Source: Methanothrix sp. (lineage in GTDB: Archaea > Halobacteriota > Methanosarcinia > Methanotrichales > Methanotrichaceae). From it: a stretch of DNA of 64,000 bases. Positions 29,122 to 39,235 of this stretch are shown here, in pieces; the stretch's first letter is position 1, and each line of letters starts with the position of its first letter. The stretch spans positions 1,248,001 to 1,312,000 of the forward strand of contig OY821645.1 of the NCBI GenBank assembly GCA_963682135.1. Reading direction: 5' to 3'. Both the position numbers and the translations under genes were made by a program. A model generated the notes under the pieces. That model did not search any database. It saw only the letters and a program-made list of their open reading frames with translations, and was not told the origin of the DNA.

Positions 29122-29817
29122 TCAAGCTGAAGCCTTGTCAGCAGCTGCTCTCTCTGCTTCCTTCTTGGCTTCTTCTGCTGCGGCTTTCCTCTCGGACTTG
29201 CCCTTCAGCATCTTCATCTTGACCAGGTTGTCCCTTTCCATCTCCTCCAACGCCATCGAGATGAACTTGATGGTGTCCTTGACTTCTGGAATCACCTTGA
29301 ACTCCAGAGCATTGACACGCCTCTTAGTTTTGTCGATATCCTCGACAAGCCTTATCATGGCGGTCTCTACCTCTGCAGCCAAAATGATCTTATCCAGCAA
29401 GCCCTCATAGGCATCGGCGGCCTCATCGATGGCTGCACCGGTCCCAATGATGCCGTAGCCTCGCTCGAACATCTTCTTATGCACGGCCTCTGCCGCGATC
29501 TTGGGAACCACTACACCCATGATGTTTCTGGATTCAAGCTGGATGGCCGGCTCTTTTTGCAGGGAATAGGCCACGCTTCCGATGGCAACTGTTCCCTCGA
29601 TGGCCATAGCCATTTGAAGTCTCTGCTCGGCTACGAGCATAGATTCAACCAGCTCTTTCCTGACCGTCTTGGCCTTATTTAGCACCTCGAAGAACTCAAT
29701 CATGAGGCCGTCGCGCTTCATTTTGAGGAGCGAGTGACCGGTCTTTGCGAGCTTCATCCTTTTCTTGAGAGCGATCAGGACTGCCCTGGTCGGTTTTGTT
29801 CCTCGAATTACGGCCAT
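29122..29817 (-). CDS. atpD: A1Ao (V/A-type) ATP synthase subunit D
   Basis: KPTR, GHSLLKMKRD, TKRRVNALE. Start taken at ATG 29817. Confidence 0.96.
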   Translation of the reverse strand: MAVIRGTKPTRAVLIALKKRMKLAKTGHSLLKMKRDGLMIEFFEVLNKAKTVRKELVESMLVAEQRLQMAMAIEGTVAIGSVAYSLQKEPAIQLESRNIMGVVVPKIAAEAVHKKMFERGYGIIGTGAAIDEAADAYEGLLDKIILAAEVETAMIRLVEDIDKTKRRVNALEFKVIPEVKDTIKFISMALEEMERDNLVKMKMLKGKSERKAAAEEAKKEAERAAADKASA

Positions 29818-29821
29818 GTTC

Positions 29822-31207
29822 TCACTTCTTCGCTGTGCTTGCGTACTTGGGATGGTAAGCCTTGATGTATTTATCGTCAATCCTGGTGAGCATAGCTTCA
29901 GGCAGATCTGCCAGCAGTTCCCATCCGATCTGGAGGGTATCGAAGATAGACCGGTCCTCATCTCTGCCCTGATTGACGAATCTCTTCTCGAACTTATCAG
30001 CGAACTCCAGCACCAATTTATCGCGCTCAGAGAGAGCCTCTTTGCCGACAATGGCCGCGAGACCGCGCAGATCGTTGCCCTCTGCATAGTAAGCATAGAG
30101 CTGATCCGATACTGCCCTGTGATCCTCGCGAGTGTGGCCCTTACCGATACCGGAGTTCATAAGCCGGGAAAGGGAGGGGCGAATGTCGACGGGCGGATAA
30201 ATGCCCTTTCTATGCAGCTCTCGGGAAATGAGGATCTGACCCTCGGTGATGTACCCGGACAGATCCGGGATGGGGTGAGTGATGTCGTCGCCGGGCATGG
30301 TCAGGATGGGGAACTGGGTGATGGAACCCTTTCTGCCCTTGATGATTCCGGCTCTCTCGTACTGAATGGCCAGATCGGTGTACATGTATCCTGGATAGCC
30401 GCGTCGTCCGGGCACCTCTTCACGAGCAGCGCCCATCTGTCTGAGCGACTCGCAATAGTTGGTCATGTCCGTGTAGATGATGAGCACGTGCATGTTCAGA
30501 TCGAAAGCCAGATACTCGGCTGTGGTCAGTCCCAGCCTGGGTGTGAGAATCCTCTCCACAGCCGGATCATCGGCCAGGTTGAGGAACACCACTGCTCTCT
30601 CCAGAGCGCCTGTTCTCTCGAAGTCAGCCAGGAAGTGCTGAGCCTCTTCGTTGGTGATGCCCATGGCGCAGAAGATAACTGCGAAGGCCTCGGCTTCACC
30701 GAGAGCCTTGGCTTGCCTTGCAATCTGCAGAGCAAGATCGTTGTGGGGCAAACCTGCACCAGAGAAGATGGGCAGCTTTTGGCCGCGCACCAGTGTGTTT
30801 GTGCCGTCGATGGTGGAAATGCCGGTCTGGATAAAAGCGCGCGGCTTCTCACGGGAAGCTGGATTGATGGCAGCTCCTGCAATATCTCTCAATACCTCAG
30901 GCACAATCTCCGGGCCGCCGTCTCTGGGCTTTCCGGATCCGGATAGAACGCGTCCCACTATGGCGGGAGACAGAGGCATCTTGATGACGTCTCCGGTGAA
31001 ACTGACGGCAGAATCCTTGGACAGACCGCCGGTTCCTTCGAATACCTGGATAACCACGATCTCATCGGAGGAATCCAGCACCTGTCCTCTCTTCAGCTCT
31101 CCGCCAGTTCTGATCTCGACGAGCTCCATGTAGCCCACAGGCTCTGTCTTCTCCACGAAGAGGAGTGGTCCGGAGATCTCAGTAATAGTCTTGTATTCCT
31201 TTGTCAT
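29822..31207 (-). CDS. atpB: A1Ao ATP synthase subunit B
   Basis: [32 protein letters not shown]. Confidence 0.97.
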   Translation of the reverse strand: MTKEYKTITEISGPLLFVEKTEPVGYMELVEIRTGGELKRGQVLDSSDEIVVIQVFEGTGGLSKDSAVSFTGDVIKMPLSPAIVGRVLSGSGKPRDGGPEIVPEVLRDIAGAAINPASREKPRAFIQTGISTIDGTNTLVRGQKLPIFSGAGLPHNDLALQIARQAKALGEAEAFAVIFCAMGITNEEAQHFLADFERTGALERAVVFLNLADDPAVERILTPRLGLTTAEYLAFDLNMHVLIIYTDMTNYCESLRQMGAAREEVPGRRGYPGYMYTDLAIQYERAGIIKGRKGSITQFPILTMPGDDITHPIPDLSGYITEGQILISRELHRKGIYPPVDIRPSLSRLMNSGIGKGHTREDHRAVSDQLYAYYAEGNDLRGLAAIVGKEALSERDKLVLEFADKFEKRFVNQGRDEDRSIFDTLQIGWELLADLPEAMLTRIDDKYIKAYHPKYASTAKK

Positions 31208-31219
31208 TTTGAACCCACC

Positions 31220-32950
31220 TCACTTCAGCGCCTTGAACTCGGCGTCCATCTGAGCCAAAACCTTTGCAAGGATGGGCTCATACTCGGCTTCCAGCCTCAC
31301 CTTGGCCAGGGCATCCTTGGATGGAACGGATATGATCTGCGCCACGGGTATGCCCTTCTGGACCGCATCGAAGGCATAATCTCGGAACTTGAGGATGGCC
31401 TCCAGAAGGTCGAACTGCTTCTTGTAGGGAGCAAAGGTATCCACCGGGTGGAATGCGCTCTGTGCCAGCCAGAAGTTGATGATCATCCTGGCGACTTCCA
31501 GCGTGACCTGCTGGTCCTCGGGCAAGGCATCGGAACCGACGAGCATCACGATTTCTTCCAGCTCGGCGTTCTCCTGGAGTATGGCCATAGCGCGCCTCTT
31601 GTTCTTGTTCCAGTTCGGACTGACGTTCTCCACGAACCAGGGTTCCAGAATCTGGTCGTATAGAGAATAGGAATCCAGCCAGTTGATGGACGGGAAGTGC
31701 CTGCGCTGTGTAAGCTTGGAGTCCAGTGCCCAGAATACCTTGACCATTCTCAGGGTGTTCTGAGTGACGGGCTCGGTGAAGTCTCCGCCGGCAGGGGACA
31801 CAGCACCCACGATGCTGACTGAACCCTGGCCGCCGTTGAGAACCTCGGCACGCCCGGCGCGCTCGTAGAAGTCTGCGAGTCTGGCGCCAAGGTATGCAGG
31901 ATATCCTTCCTCACCAGGCATCTCTTCTAGACGAGAACCCATCTCTCTCATGGCCTCTGCCCACCGGGAGGTGGAGTCAGCGGTCATCAAGCAGTCATAG
32001 CCCATATCTCTGTAGTACTCGGCTGTTGTCATTCCGGTGTAAATTGATGCCTCACGAGCAGCTACAGGCATGTTAGAGGTATTGGCATAAACGATAGACC
32101 TCTCCATGAGGGGCCTGCCGGTCCTGGGATCCTGCAGCTCGGGGAACTCATGCAGCAGATCGGCCATCTCATTGCCGCGTTCGCCGCATCCCACGTAAAT
32201 CACGATGTCGACATCTGCCCACTTGGACAGGGTCTGCTGCATAACCGTCTTTCCGGTACCGAATCCGCCGGGAATGGCTGCAGTTCCACCCTTGGCCAGG
32301 GAGAAGAATCCATCCACTACCCTTTGTCCTGTTCTGAGAGGGATGGTTGGTGCCAGCTTTGCGGTAACAGGCCGAGCCTGTCTTACCGGCCACTTGTGCA
32401 TCATGGTGAGCTTGCTTCCGTCCTCTAAGACGAGCACAGTCTCATCGACATTGAAGTTTCCGGAATAGATCTCTTTGACCGCTCCGCCCTTATGCTTTGG
32501 TGGGACCATGATCTTATGCTTGATGAGCAACTGCTCCTGAACCTCACCGAAGCATTGGCCGGGCTTGATTACATCGCCCTTTTTGACTACTGGCTTGAAC
32601 TCCCACTTTTTCTTGTGATCAATGCCGTCAACGAAAAGGCCTCGGCTGATGAAATCACCCGACATCTCTGCCAGCTTTGGCAGTGGCCTTTGGATACCGT
32701 CGTAAATTTGGGTCAGAATGCCTGGACCCAGTTGTGCTACGAGTGGAGCTCCGGTCTCCTTGACGGGCTCGCCGGGCCGCACTCCGCCCGTATCCTCGTA
32801 TACCTGAATGATATGTTTATTGCCGGAAATGCCGATGACTTCGCTCATCAGGCCTTCCTCGCCGACCAGGACCAGGTCGTACATGGAAGCCTTCAGGCCT
32901 GTGGCCTGAACTAATGGTCCGGCAACTCGCTTTACTTTACCTACTTCCAT
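31220..32950 (-). CDS. atpA: A1Ao ATP synthase subunit A (catalytic), no intein
   Basis: Walker A GGFGTGKT, GCGERGNEM, EEGYPAYL. Confidence 0.97.
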   Translation of the reverse strand: MEVGKVKRVAGPLVQATGLKASMYDLVLVGEEGLMSEVIGISGNKHIIQVYEDTGGVRPGEPVKETGAPLVAQLGPGILTQIYDGIQRPLPKLAEMSGDFISRGLFVDGIDHKKKWEFKPVVKKGDVIKPGQCFGEVQEQLLIKHKIMVPPKHKGGAVKEIYSGNFNVDETVLVLEDGSKLTMMHKWPVRQARPVTAKLAPTIPLRTGQRVVDGFFSLAKGGTAAIPGGFGTGKTVMQQTLSKWADVDIVIYVGCGERGNEMADLLHEFPELQDPRTGRPLMERSIVYANTSNMPVAAREASIYTGMTTAEYYRDMGYDCLMTADSTSRWAEAMREMGSRLEEMPGEEGYPAYLGARLADFYERAGRAEVLNGGQGSVSIVGAVSPAGGDFTEPVTQNTLRMVKVFWALDSKLTQRRHFPSINWLDSYSLYDQILEPWFVENVSPNWNKNKRRAMAILQENAELEEIVMLVGSDALPEDQQVTLEVARMIINFWLAQSAFHPVDTFAPYKKQFDLLEAILKFRDYAFDAVQKGIPVAQIISVPSKDALAKVRLEAEYEPILAKVLAQMDAEFKALK

Positions 32951-33240
32951 AAATCAACACCTATTGCCCTTTTAATTTTCTCTCTCATCTCTGTACTCTG
33001 CTCGGTTCCGATGGCAATAACGGTAGGTTTGATAGACTCGGAGAGCTGCTCCTGAAGCCTCTTGGGCAGCTTATTATAATCCGATTGCTTCAACACCAGA
33101 ATTCCCACATTGGAATCAGCCATGACAGTGCCAATCTTTGAGACCATCTCCTCTTCGGTGTTGGCCGCATAAGATTTCTTGATTCCTGCCAGATTGAACC
33201 CGAGGACGCTATCGCTACCACCAACAAAAGCAATCTCCAT
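32941..33240 (-). CDS. atpF: A1Ao ATP synthase subunit F
   Basis: GFNLAGI and IKRAIGVDLW motifs; operon position. Confidence 0.94.
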   Translation of the reverse strand: MEIAFVGGSDSVLGFNLAGIKKSYAANTEEEMVSKIGTVMADSNVGILVLKQSDYNKLPKRLQEQLSESIKPTVIAIGTEQSTEMREKIKRAIGVDLWK

Positions 33241-34290
33241 TTAAGCCACCACCACTTGCTCCTCAATGAGTTCGGCAGGAAGGCCGGCTTCTTTTCCTCT
33301 TACGATCTTCCTGATGTTGGAGACTTCAGTCTCTTTGCTCACCATATATCCGAGCACAGGCAAGATGGATAACGGATGATAGTTAGAAAGAGCCCACGCA
33401 TACCGGATGAGATACGCTCTCAACCTGGCCTCGATCCTGCTGACCGCATCGAGATCTGCGGATGCGATATCCGAAATGGAAGACCAGAAGGGATATCCTT
33501 CAAGCCCGCGCAGGAACTCGCCGAATGGCTGGCCGGCCATGCGGCTCAGCTCTCCATGCAACTTGCCTCCGGGGATGAGATTCTCCAGTATCACGGCTGC
33601 ATCGACGCCCGCCTTGTTCATCCTGAAGAGGGTGATCAAATTTCTTATATCGACCTCTCTTCGGACGTACTTGAGCAGCAGGCCTCCGCCCACAGACAGA
33701 GTGCCGCCCACGGCCAGCTCCATTCTGAAGTAATAGAGCTTGTCGAGAGCATTCTCCAACGATGCCAAATTCTTGCCGTCGTATTGCGCCAGTGCGCTGG
33801 AATAGTCGGTTCCATCAAAGGCAGATATGATGTCGGTTATGGACTCCTTTTTGGCCAGCTCATCGAGGCGCTCTGCGGATAACTCACCAGCAGGCACGAG
33901 ATGTTTTACTATCTCAGTGTCGGTGGCCCCGTAGAACTTGCCGCGCAGGAGGGTCTTGATGTTCCATACATCCCAGCGCCGGAGGTACTCCAGAATCAGG
34001 AATGATGGCTCGTCTATTGAGACTTCTTCAAGCCTCCTGAAGGTCTTTGCCATATTGGCGAAGGTGGCGTGTTCAATGAGGTCCACACCAGAGTAGTCCT
34101 TAGATAGCGCGTCGATCTCATCCTTATACTGGGTCTCTTCCAGGTAACGAGCGATCTCAGACATATCCATGTTCATCATCCTGGCGTACATCTCCGCCGG
34201 GACGAGCTTTGTCTTCATCGCCCGGACTCTGCCCGTGATGTAAGCATACTTCACCGGTGAACCGAACTTCGGCAAACGTAGTACAGGCAT
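33241..34290 (-). CDS. atpC: A1Ao ATP synthase subunit C
   Basis: [39 protein letters not shown]; operon position. Confidence 0.93.
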   Translation of the reverse strand: MPVLRLPKFGSPVKYAYITGRVRAMKTKLVPAEMYARMMNMDMSEIARYLEETQYKDEIDALSKDYSGVDLIEHATFANMAKTFRRLEEVSIDEPSFLILEYLRRWDVWNIKTLLRGKFYGATDTEIVKHLVPAGELSAERLDELAKKESITDIISAFDGTDYSSALAQYDGKNLASLENALDKLYYFRMELAVGGTLSVGGGLLLKYVRREVDIRNLITLFRMNKAGVDAAVILENLIPGGKLHGELSRMAGQPFGEFLRGLEGYPFWSSISDIASADLDAVSRIEARLRAYLIRYAWALSNYHPLSILPVLGYMVSKETEVSNIRKIVRGKEAGLPAELIEEQVVVA

Positions 34291-34295
34291 CGTCC

Positions 34296-34844
34296 TCACC
34301 CGAATAAGATCCTGGAAACCTCTTTCATGCGGTTATTAAATACCTCACGCGCAAGAGTTTCGTAGGTTAAATCGTAACGTAGAGCTCCATCACTGCTCTC
34401 AACCACAGCGCCGCCTATGATGTCCAAGTTCCCGCCGTATTTTGAGGCGAGAGAGGATATGAAGGCCTCATCTCTCTTGTTGGAGAAGACCTTCATTTCC
34501 TTGAGATCGTGAGGCTCGAGCAACTTCTTGAGCATGGCTTCATTATCCTTCTTAGGAAGGTTCTGCAGCTTCTCAAGCAGCTTCGTCCTGGCCTGCTCAA
34601 GGAGATCCTTGTGAACATTCAGCTCCGCTCTCTTGACCTCGAGATTGGCGCTGGAGATCTCCCTGCGCTCGATGCCCTCAACCGTGTGTCCAACCTCAGA
34701 TTCTTTCTTGGACTTTATCTCTGCGGCACGTTCCCTAGCTTCATTGAGTGTCTTCGCAACCTCTTGGTCGGCTTCACTGGTTATCTGAGCGACCTTGTCC
34801 TTGCTGGTTGCTAGGACTGACTCAATCACTGCATCTAGTGCCAT
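34296..34844 (-). CDS. atpE: A1Ao ATP synthase subunit E
   Basis: Coiled-coil N-terminus; [17 protein letters not shown]-terminus. Confidence 0.92.
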   Translation of the reverse strand: MALDAVIESVLATSKDKVAQITSEADQEVAKTLNEARERAAEIKSKKESEVGHTVEGIERREISSANLEVKRAELNVHKDLLEQARTKLLEKLQNLPKKDNEAMLKKLLEPHDLKEMKVFSNKRDEAFISSLASKYGGNLDIIGGAVVESSDGALRYDLTYETLAREVFNNRMKEVSRILFG

Positions 34845-34874
34845 TGCCTCTTACACTCCTTGTAATTGGCTAGC

Positions 34875-35141
34875 TTAGGGTGTCACGATGCCAGAGAAGG
34901 GTGTCCAGGCGAACATCAGAATCAGCGATACGGCGAGACCGAAGATGATCAGTGTCTCGGGCAGAAGCATAAGGAAAAGACCCTTGCCCAGAAATCCAGG
35001 CTCCTCAGCCACGACGCCAACCACAGCAGCGCCGATACCCTGTTCACCCATGCCTGCACCAATGCCTGCTAATCCAGTAGCGAGGCCTGCACCGACAGCC
35101 AACAATCCATACAACGTTCCTGCATCTGCTACAACTGCCAT
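34875..35141 (-). CDS. atpK: A1Ao ATP synthase subunit K (c, proteolipid, single hairpin)
   Basis: Gly-rich helix GLAGIGAGMGEQGIG; ion-binding LPET motif. Confidence 0.93.
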   Translation of the reverse strand: MAVVADAGTLYGLLAVGAGLATGLAGIGAGMGEQGIGAAVVGVVAEEPGFLGKGLFLMLLPETLIIFGLAVSLILMFAWTPFSGIVTP

Positions 35142-35208
35142 TTTCCTCAATCCTCCTTTATATGAATATTACAATTTGCAATAGATCTTTCAATTCGTTC
35201 TATCGAAT

Positions 35209-37251
35209 TCATGCTTTCAAGAACCTCCGGACATGTCCGAAGGGACTGTACTCCACTCCACCGCCATGATTGCTGTAGAACTTCGTGAACATCTCCACAT
35301 AATGCAACCTGAGAGGATGCATGAAGGGAGAGAGAATTCCCAGCAGGAAGTTGATGAAGTGAACTGCCAATAATACCACAAGACCCGCAATGATCGCAGG
35401 TATTGTGAACTCAGCGCTATCAGTTGCTCCACCACTCAGCATGGGCATGACTACATAGAAGGCCAACTGGTTGGCAGCGAATGCCAAGCCTACTGAAGCA
35501 AGGCCAATAGCTAATAACCTGAGATAGGATATCAGATTGCTCACATAGAATGGCAAGTGAGCAAGACCCATAGGCCCTTCCGGTCCCATTACCAGCATCA
35601 CCATGGCGACTAAAATTACGACAGCACTTGCGATTACCAACATCATCTGACCTATGACGAGTCCAAGTACAAGCAACCCAAAGAATACTTGGATGAGCAT
35701 CACAGGAAGTTTCTCGAAATAAGCATGCTTCTTCTCGCCGTAGGCAAGCTCCGTCTTGATACCCAAGATAGAACCGACGCTGCAGTGAATAATGCCTATG
35801 ATGACACTAGTACCGATCAACAACAAAACAGCGTTGCTTGCCAGCCGGTCCATGGGGAAAATATCAATTCCCGGCCAAAATCCGATCCTTCCCAGCGAGC
35901 CAAAAACACCTTCACCGAAATAGAGACCTGCCGCCTTTACAGCCTCGAGCTCATGTTCAGGCAATTGTCCCATGACCTTGCCCCACAAACCGAGCGGGCC
36001 AAAGATCTCGCCGAAGAATATACCGAATATGATAGCCCACACGCTGGAAATCAGAACTACGTTGATCAGCTGCTGCCAGCCAGGAGTCTTGAACTTCTTC
36101 TTGAGAAGCACCATAGTCAGAAGCGACATGACGCCATAGCCGATATCACCCAGAATCATGCCAAACATGATTGGGAAGAATACGAATATCAGCAATGACG
36201 GATCGAACTCCTTATACTCGGGAATGGCGAACATCCTTGTTACCAGTTCGTAAGGCTTGACCAAGCTGGGATTATCCATCAGGGTCGGTATGTCTTCGCC
36301 CTTCTCTGCAAGTTCGTCTGTCTCTTTATCTGCGATCAACGAAACTTCAAGCCTGCCGCCGGCAGCACTCTCCAACTCGCTCTTGAGCCTGCTGAACTGA
36401 TCTGCTGGAACATACCCATCTATAACGAAGGCGTTATCCGTCTCAGCAAACCTGAGTGGTGCCTCTGTTTTGCGGGTCTCCATGGACAGGTACTCGTCCG
36501 TCGCCAGCATAAGATCTTCATACTGCTTCTTCATGTCGGACAGCTTCTTTTGGAGTGGCACTTTTTCGCCTTCCAGAGATTTAACGCTGCCTTCAAGAGT
36601 AGCAATAGCCGAGTCTACATTGCCCTCCAGCCTGGGTACAGACAATTCAGAAAACCCATGCTCAGAAAGGACTGAAGATACTTCGCCGGCCTTTTCTGCA
36701 GGCACAAATACCGCTACAAAAGTTGCATTCTTGGCACTTCCGGAATAAACCTCATTTACCGGAGATACCTTCGCTACATCGGCATCTACTGGAGTTTTTG
36801 TTGTGCCGACGAAGGTCGCCAGAGAATCATAACCATAATAAGCATCTAAAGGCAAAGGCAACACTGCCAATGGAGTCAGAGACTTGATCTGATCCTGTTT
36901 GGATTTTACTTCTGCGTCGATGGCAACGATGCGCTCGTATGTAGCAGTAACATCTGCACCGACGTTATTGAGAAGATTATCCAGCTCCGATAGAACCTGG
37001 CTCTCGGGATATGCCTTATCAGGAAACTTCTTATTTAATTCAAGATACCTGGTGACAGATCTGAGCTTAATGAGATCCTCGGAGTATTCTTTGGCTTTGC
37101 CGATGGGCTTGCCCATCTCAAACTGAGGTTGGTTGCCATTATAGTTGACAATATGGAGCAAGCGCAACTCATGCAGCTTTTCTACGACTGGAGATATTAC
37201 GTTCTTTGACCCGGCGACTACTACACGACTCATTTTCACGGGTCTAAGCAT
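35209..37251 (-). CDS. atpI: A1Ao ATP synthase subunit I (a)
   Basis: FGMILGDIGYG, SYLRLLA (essential Arg), LRLHYVEMFTKFY. Confidence 0.96.
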   Translation of the reverse strand: MLRPVKMSRVVVAGSKNVISPVVEKLHELRLLHIVNYNGNQPQFEMGKPIGKAKEYSEDLIKLRSVTRYLELNKKFPDKAYPESQVLSELDNLLNNVGADVTATYERIVAIDAEVKSKQDQIKSLTPLAVLPLPLDAYYGYDSLATFVGTTKTPVDADVAKVSPVNEVYSGSAKNATFVAVFVPAEKAGEVSSVLSEHGFSELSVPRLEGNVDSAIATLEGSVKSLEGEKVPLQKKLSDMKKQYEDLMLATDEYLSMETRKTEAPLRFAETDNAFVIDGYVPADQFSRLKSELESAAGGRLEVSLIADKETDELAEKGEDIPTLMDNPSLVKPYELVTRMFAIPEYKEFDPSLLIFVFFPIMFGMILGDIGYGVMSLLTMVLLKKKFKTPGWQQLINVVLISSVWAIIFGIFFGEIFGPLGLWGKVMGQLPEHELEAVKAAGLYFGEGVFGSLGRIGFWPGIDIFPMDRLASNAVLLLIGTSVIIGIIHCSVGSILGIKTELAYGEKKHAYFEKLPVMLIQVFFGLLVLGLVIGQMMLVIASAVVILVAMVMLVMGPEGPMGLAHLPFYVSNLISYLRLLAIGLASVGLAFAANQLAFYVVMPMLSGGATDSAEFTIPAIIAGLVVLLAVHFINFLLGILSPFMHPLRLHYVEMFTKFYSNHGGGVEYSPFGHVRRFLKA

Positions 37252-37570
37252 GTAACAACCCCATAAACTCCTTTATCAAATATTCAACAGCTTTGTCCAG
37301 CTTTGCGTTGGCGCTGCCGCTCATTGAGTTTACGTTCTTCTCACCGCTGCTAACGATCGATGCCTTCTTGACTTTCACATCGCTCTCAGCTTTGGCAACG
37401 CTCTTGTTATAGTAATCCTGTGCATCAGTCTCGGCGGATTTGACGAGGTTTGCAGCTTCAGTAGTGGCAGCGGCTATCCTTTTTCCCTTTTCATCCAAGG
37501 CTCGCTGGACTGCTGCCTTGGCTTCAGCCTCTGCCGATTTAATTTTCGATAAGATATCGTCTCTAGCCAT
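37244..37570 (-). CDS. atpH: A1Ao ATP synthase subunit H
   Basis: Small Ala/Lys/Glu-rich coiled coil (ILSKIKSAEAEA); first gene of the HIKECFABD operon. Confidence 0.88.
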   Translation of the reverse strand: MARDDILSKIKSAEAEAKAAVQRALDEKGKRIAAATTEAANLVKSAETDAQDYYNKSVAKAESDVKVKKASIVSSGEKNVNSMSGSANAKLDKAVEYLIKEFMGLLHA

Positions 37571-37672
37571 CTGATCCCTCTACTTCTTCCCTCACTACAC
37601 CTCTTCCGTTTTTCAAACAGCGCTACATCACTTTTGGCTCGTGATAAACGTTCAGATCCATCCTCATCTACC

Positions 37673-37688
37673 AATATAAACTCTTCGG
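37673..37688 (-). promoter_or_regulatory. BRE-TATA candidate for the ATP synthase operon
   Basis: Minus strand reads CCGAAGAG-TTTATATT about 100 nt upstream of atpH. Confidence 0.5.
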
Positions 37689-37726
37689 TTTTGATTTGAG
37701 GAGAGGGCCAAGTATGAGCTTTCGCC

Positions 37727-38890
37727 TTATGATCCCCAAAATTTCAAGGCTGTTTCCAGCTCTTTGTGGTCTTTTGCGTATTCTTTTAAGGGAATTTGCA
37801 TTCTCCAGGCCTCCGCCGCCTGCACCATAGCTCTTGCACCGGCCACAGTTCCGTCAGGATGGCCGTGCACCCCTCCACCTGCTTGGACGATGCAATCAAT
37901 GCCGTAGCCATCGAGGTTTCCATGAACTTTAGCAGGATAGACCCCGCCCGAGGCAACCGGGAAGACTCTCTTGTAGCCGTGCCAATCCTCTCGCAGAGCA
38001 TCACGGGAGAAGTCGTTTTCCAGGGTTTCGCGCGCCATCTTGCCCATGTAGCTTCCAGTATGCAAGTTAGTGCCGCCCGTCATGCGCACCAGCTTGGAGA
38101 TGACCAGCATGGAAATGCCATGTCCTTTATCACGAGTGAAGGCTGCATGCATCGTTCTGTGTACGTGTATGGGGACACTAAGGTGAGTTGAGAGAATCTC
38201 CAGAGCAGAAAAGCCGCTCGTCAGGACATCTATCATGACCATATTGGCGCCATGATCAACTGCCTGCTCCGCACGCTCCAGGATTTTATCTGGGCCGACG
38301 GTGACATTCACCGCATAGAAAGCTTTCTTGCCCGTCTGCGTCTCCACCTTGTCGAGAGCCGCCATGACCGCCTCAAGGCGGGGGATGAGCGGGCAGAAGC
38401 TCTGATCAGTCAGAGTCTCATCATCCTTGACCAGATCCAGCCCACCGCGAACGGCTGCTGCCGCCACCTCTGCTGTACCGGACGGGTCCAGACCGACCTT
38501 GGGCTTGACGATGGTGCCAATCAATGGACGGTCGTAAACTCCTAATATTTTTCGCGCATCTTCAATGCCAAAGCGAGGACCCTTATGCGCACAGAGCAGG
38601 CTCTCCGGGAAGATTACATCCTGCAGGCGCACCTTCTTCAAGTCGCCCAGACCGAAGAGATTTCCTGCCACCACAGAAAGGTACTGGGGGATGTTTCCCG
38701 GCTCAAATAGCTCCTCGGGAAAGCCTATCTCCACATTGTTGCCCTCCGCCAGGATCACCCTGGCCGCGAGAGAGTTGTCCTGGCCGCGCACCGCGGTCCA
38801 GGTGCCGGTGGACTGCTCGGCTGCAATAGCCTCCGCCGCCCTCCGGATGGGAAGGTCTGTTTCTACATGATATTTTGCAATAAGTTCCAT
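37727..38890 (-). CDS. rbcL: RuBisCO large subunit, archaeal form III-type
   Basis: Catalytic-residue motifs present: [45 protein letters not shown]. Start taken at ATG 38890 with an AGGAG Shine-Dalgarno site. Confidence 0.9.
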   Translation of the reverse strand: MELIAKYHVETDLPIRRAAEAIAAEQSTGTWTAVRGQDNSLAARVILAEGNNVEIGFPEELFEPGNIPQYLSVVAGNLFGLGDLKKVRLQDVIFPESLLCAHKGPRFGIEDARKILGVYDRPLIGTIVKPKVGLDPSGTAEVAAAAVRGGLDLVKDDETLTDQSFCPLIPRLEAVMAALDKVETQTGKKAFYAVNVTVGPDKILERAEQAVDHGANMVMIDVLTSGFSALEILSTHLSVPIHVHRTMHAAFTRDKGHGISMLVISKLVRMTGGTNLHTGSYMGKMARETLENDFSRDALREDWHGYKRVFPVASGGVYPAKVHGNLDGYGIDCIVQAGGGVHGHPDGTVAGARAMVQAAEAWRMQIPLKEYAKDHKELETALKFWGS

Positions 38891-38917
38891 ATTACAGCTC
38901 CTGGGTGTTCTACGAAA

Positions 38918-38988
38918 GGCCAGACGGGCACCTCTGCCCTGGGATGACTGAAATCCCTCCTCAGAACAATATTGAGGCATAATTGGCC
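38918..38988 (-). ncRNA. Candidate cis-regulatory four-way-junction RNA in the rbcL 5' leader
   Basis: Four perfect 5-bp helices: GGCCA/UGGCC closes CCUCA/UGAGG, GGGAU/AUCCC and GGGCA/UGCCC. It lies between a TATA-like box (39016-39023) and the Shine-Dalgarno site. Confidence 0.5.
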
Positions 38989-39235
38989 GATTCCGGTCAT
39001 AGATGATCTCTGACAGATATAAGATCTACGCAGCCGGGCAAGACTTTTGGCGGACGCCTCCCTTCCGCAAAATTAGTGGCATGGGCACTATTCGCTGGGC
39101 GAACGGAATATTTCTCTTTGGAAAAAATCCTGCAAACCGCAATTAGAAGATAAAAACAAATTATTTCGGTGCGGGGGGTAACAGTTTTATTATCGAAGAA
39201 ACCCTTTCAGACTGCTAAAAATATCAGGTGAATAT

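Noticed and set aside
29765-30946. 393-aa plus-strand ORF antisense to atpB
   Set aside because: Antisense shadow of a strongly codon-biased gene; no recognisable motifs.
31220-32950. Inteins in atpA or the RNA polymerase subunits
   Set aside because: Protein lengths are normal and no intein splice motifs were seen.
37727-38890. RuBisCO-like protein (form IV) interpretation
   Set aside because: Motifs carrying the carboxylation residues (KPK, KDDE, HRTMH, loop-6 GKM, SGG) are all present.
38918-38988. tRNA interpretation of the cloverleaf (including tRNA-Pyl)
   Set aside because: The closing stem is only 5 bp, with no T-loop or D-loop consensus and no CCA. Kept as a cis-regulatory RNA candidate instead.
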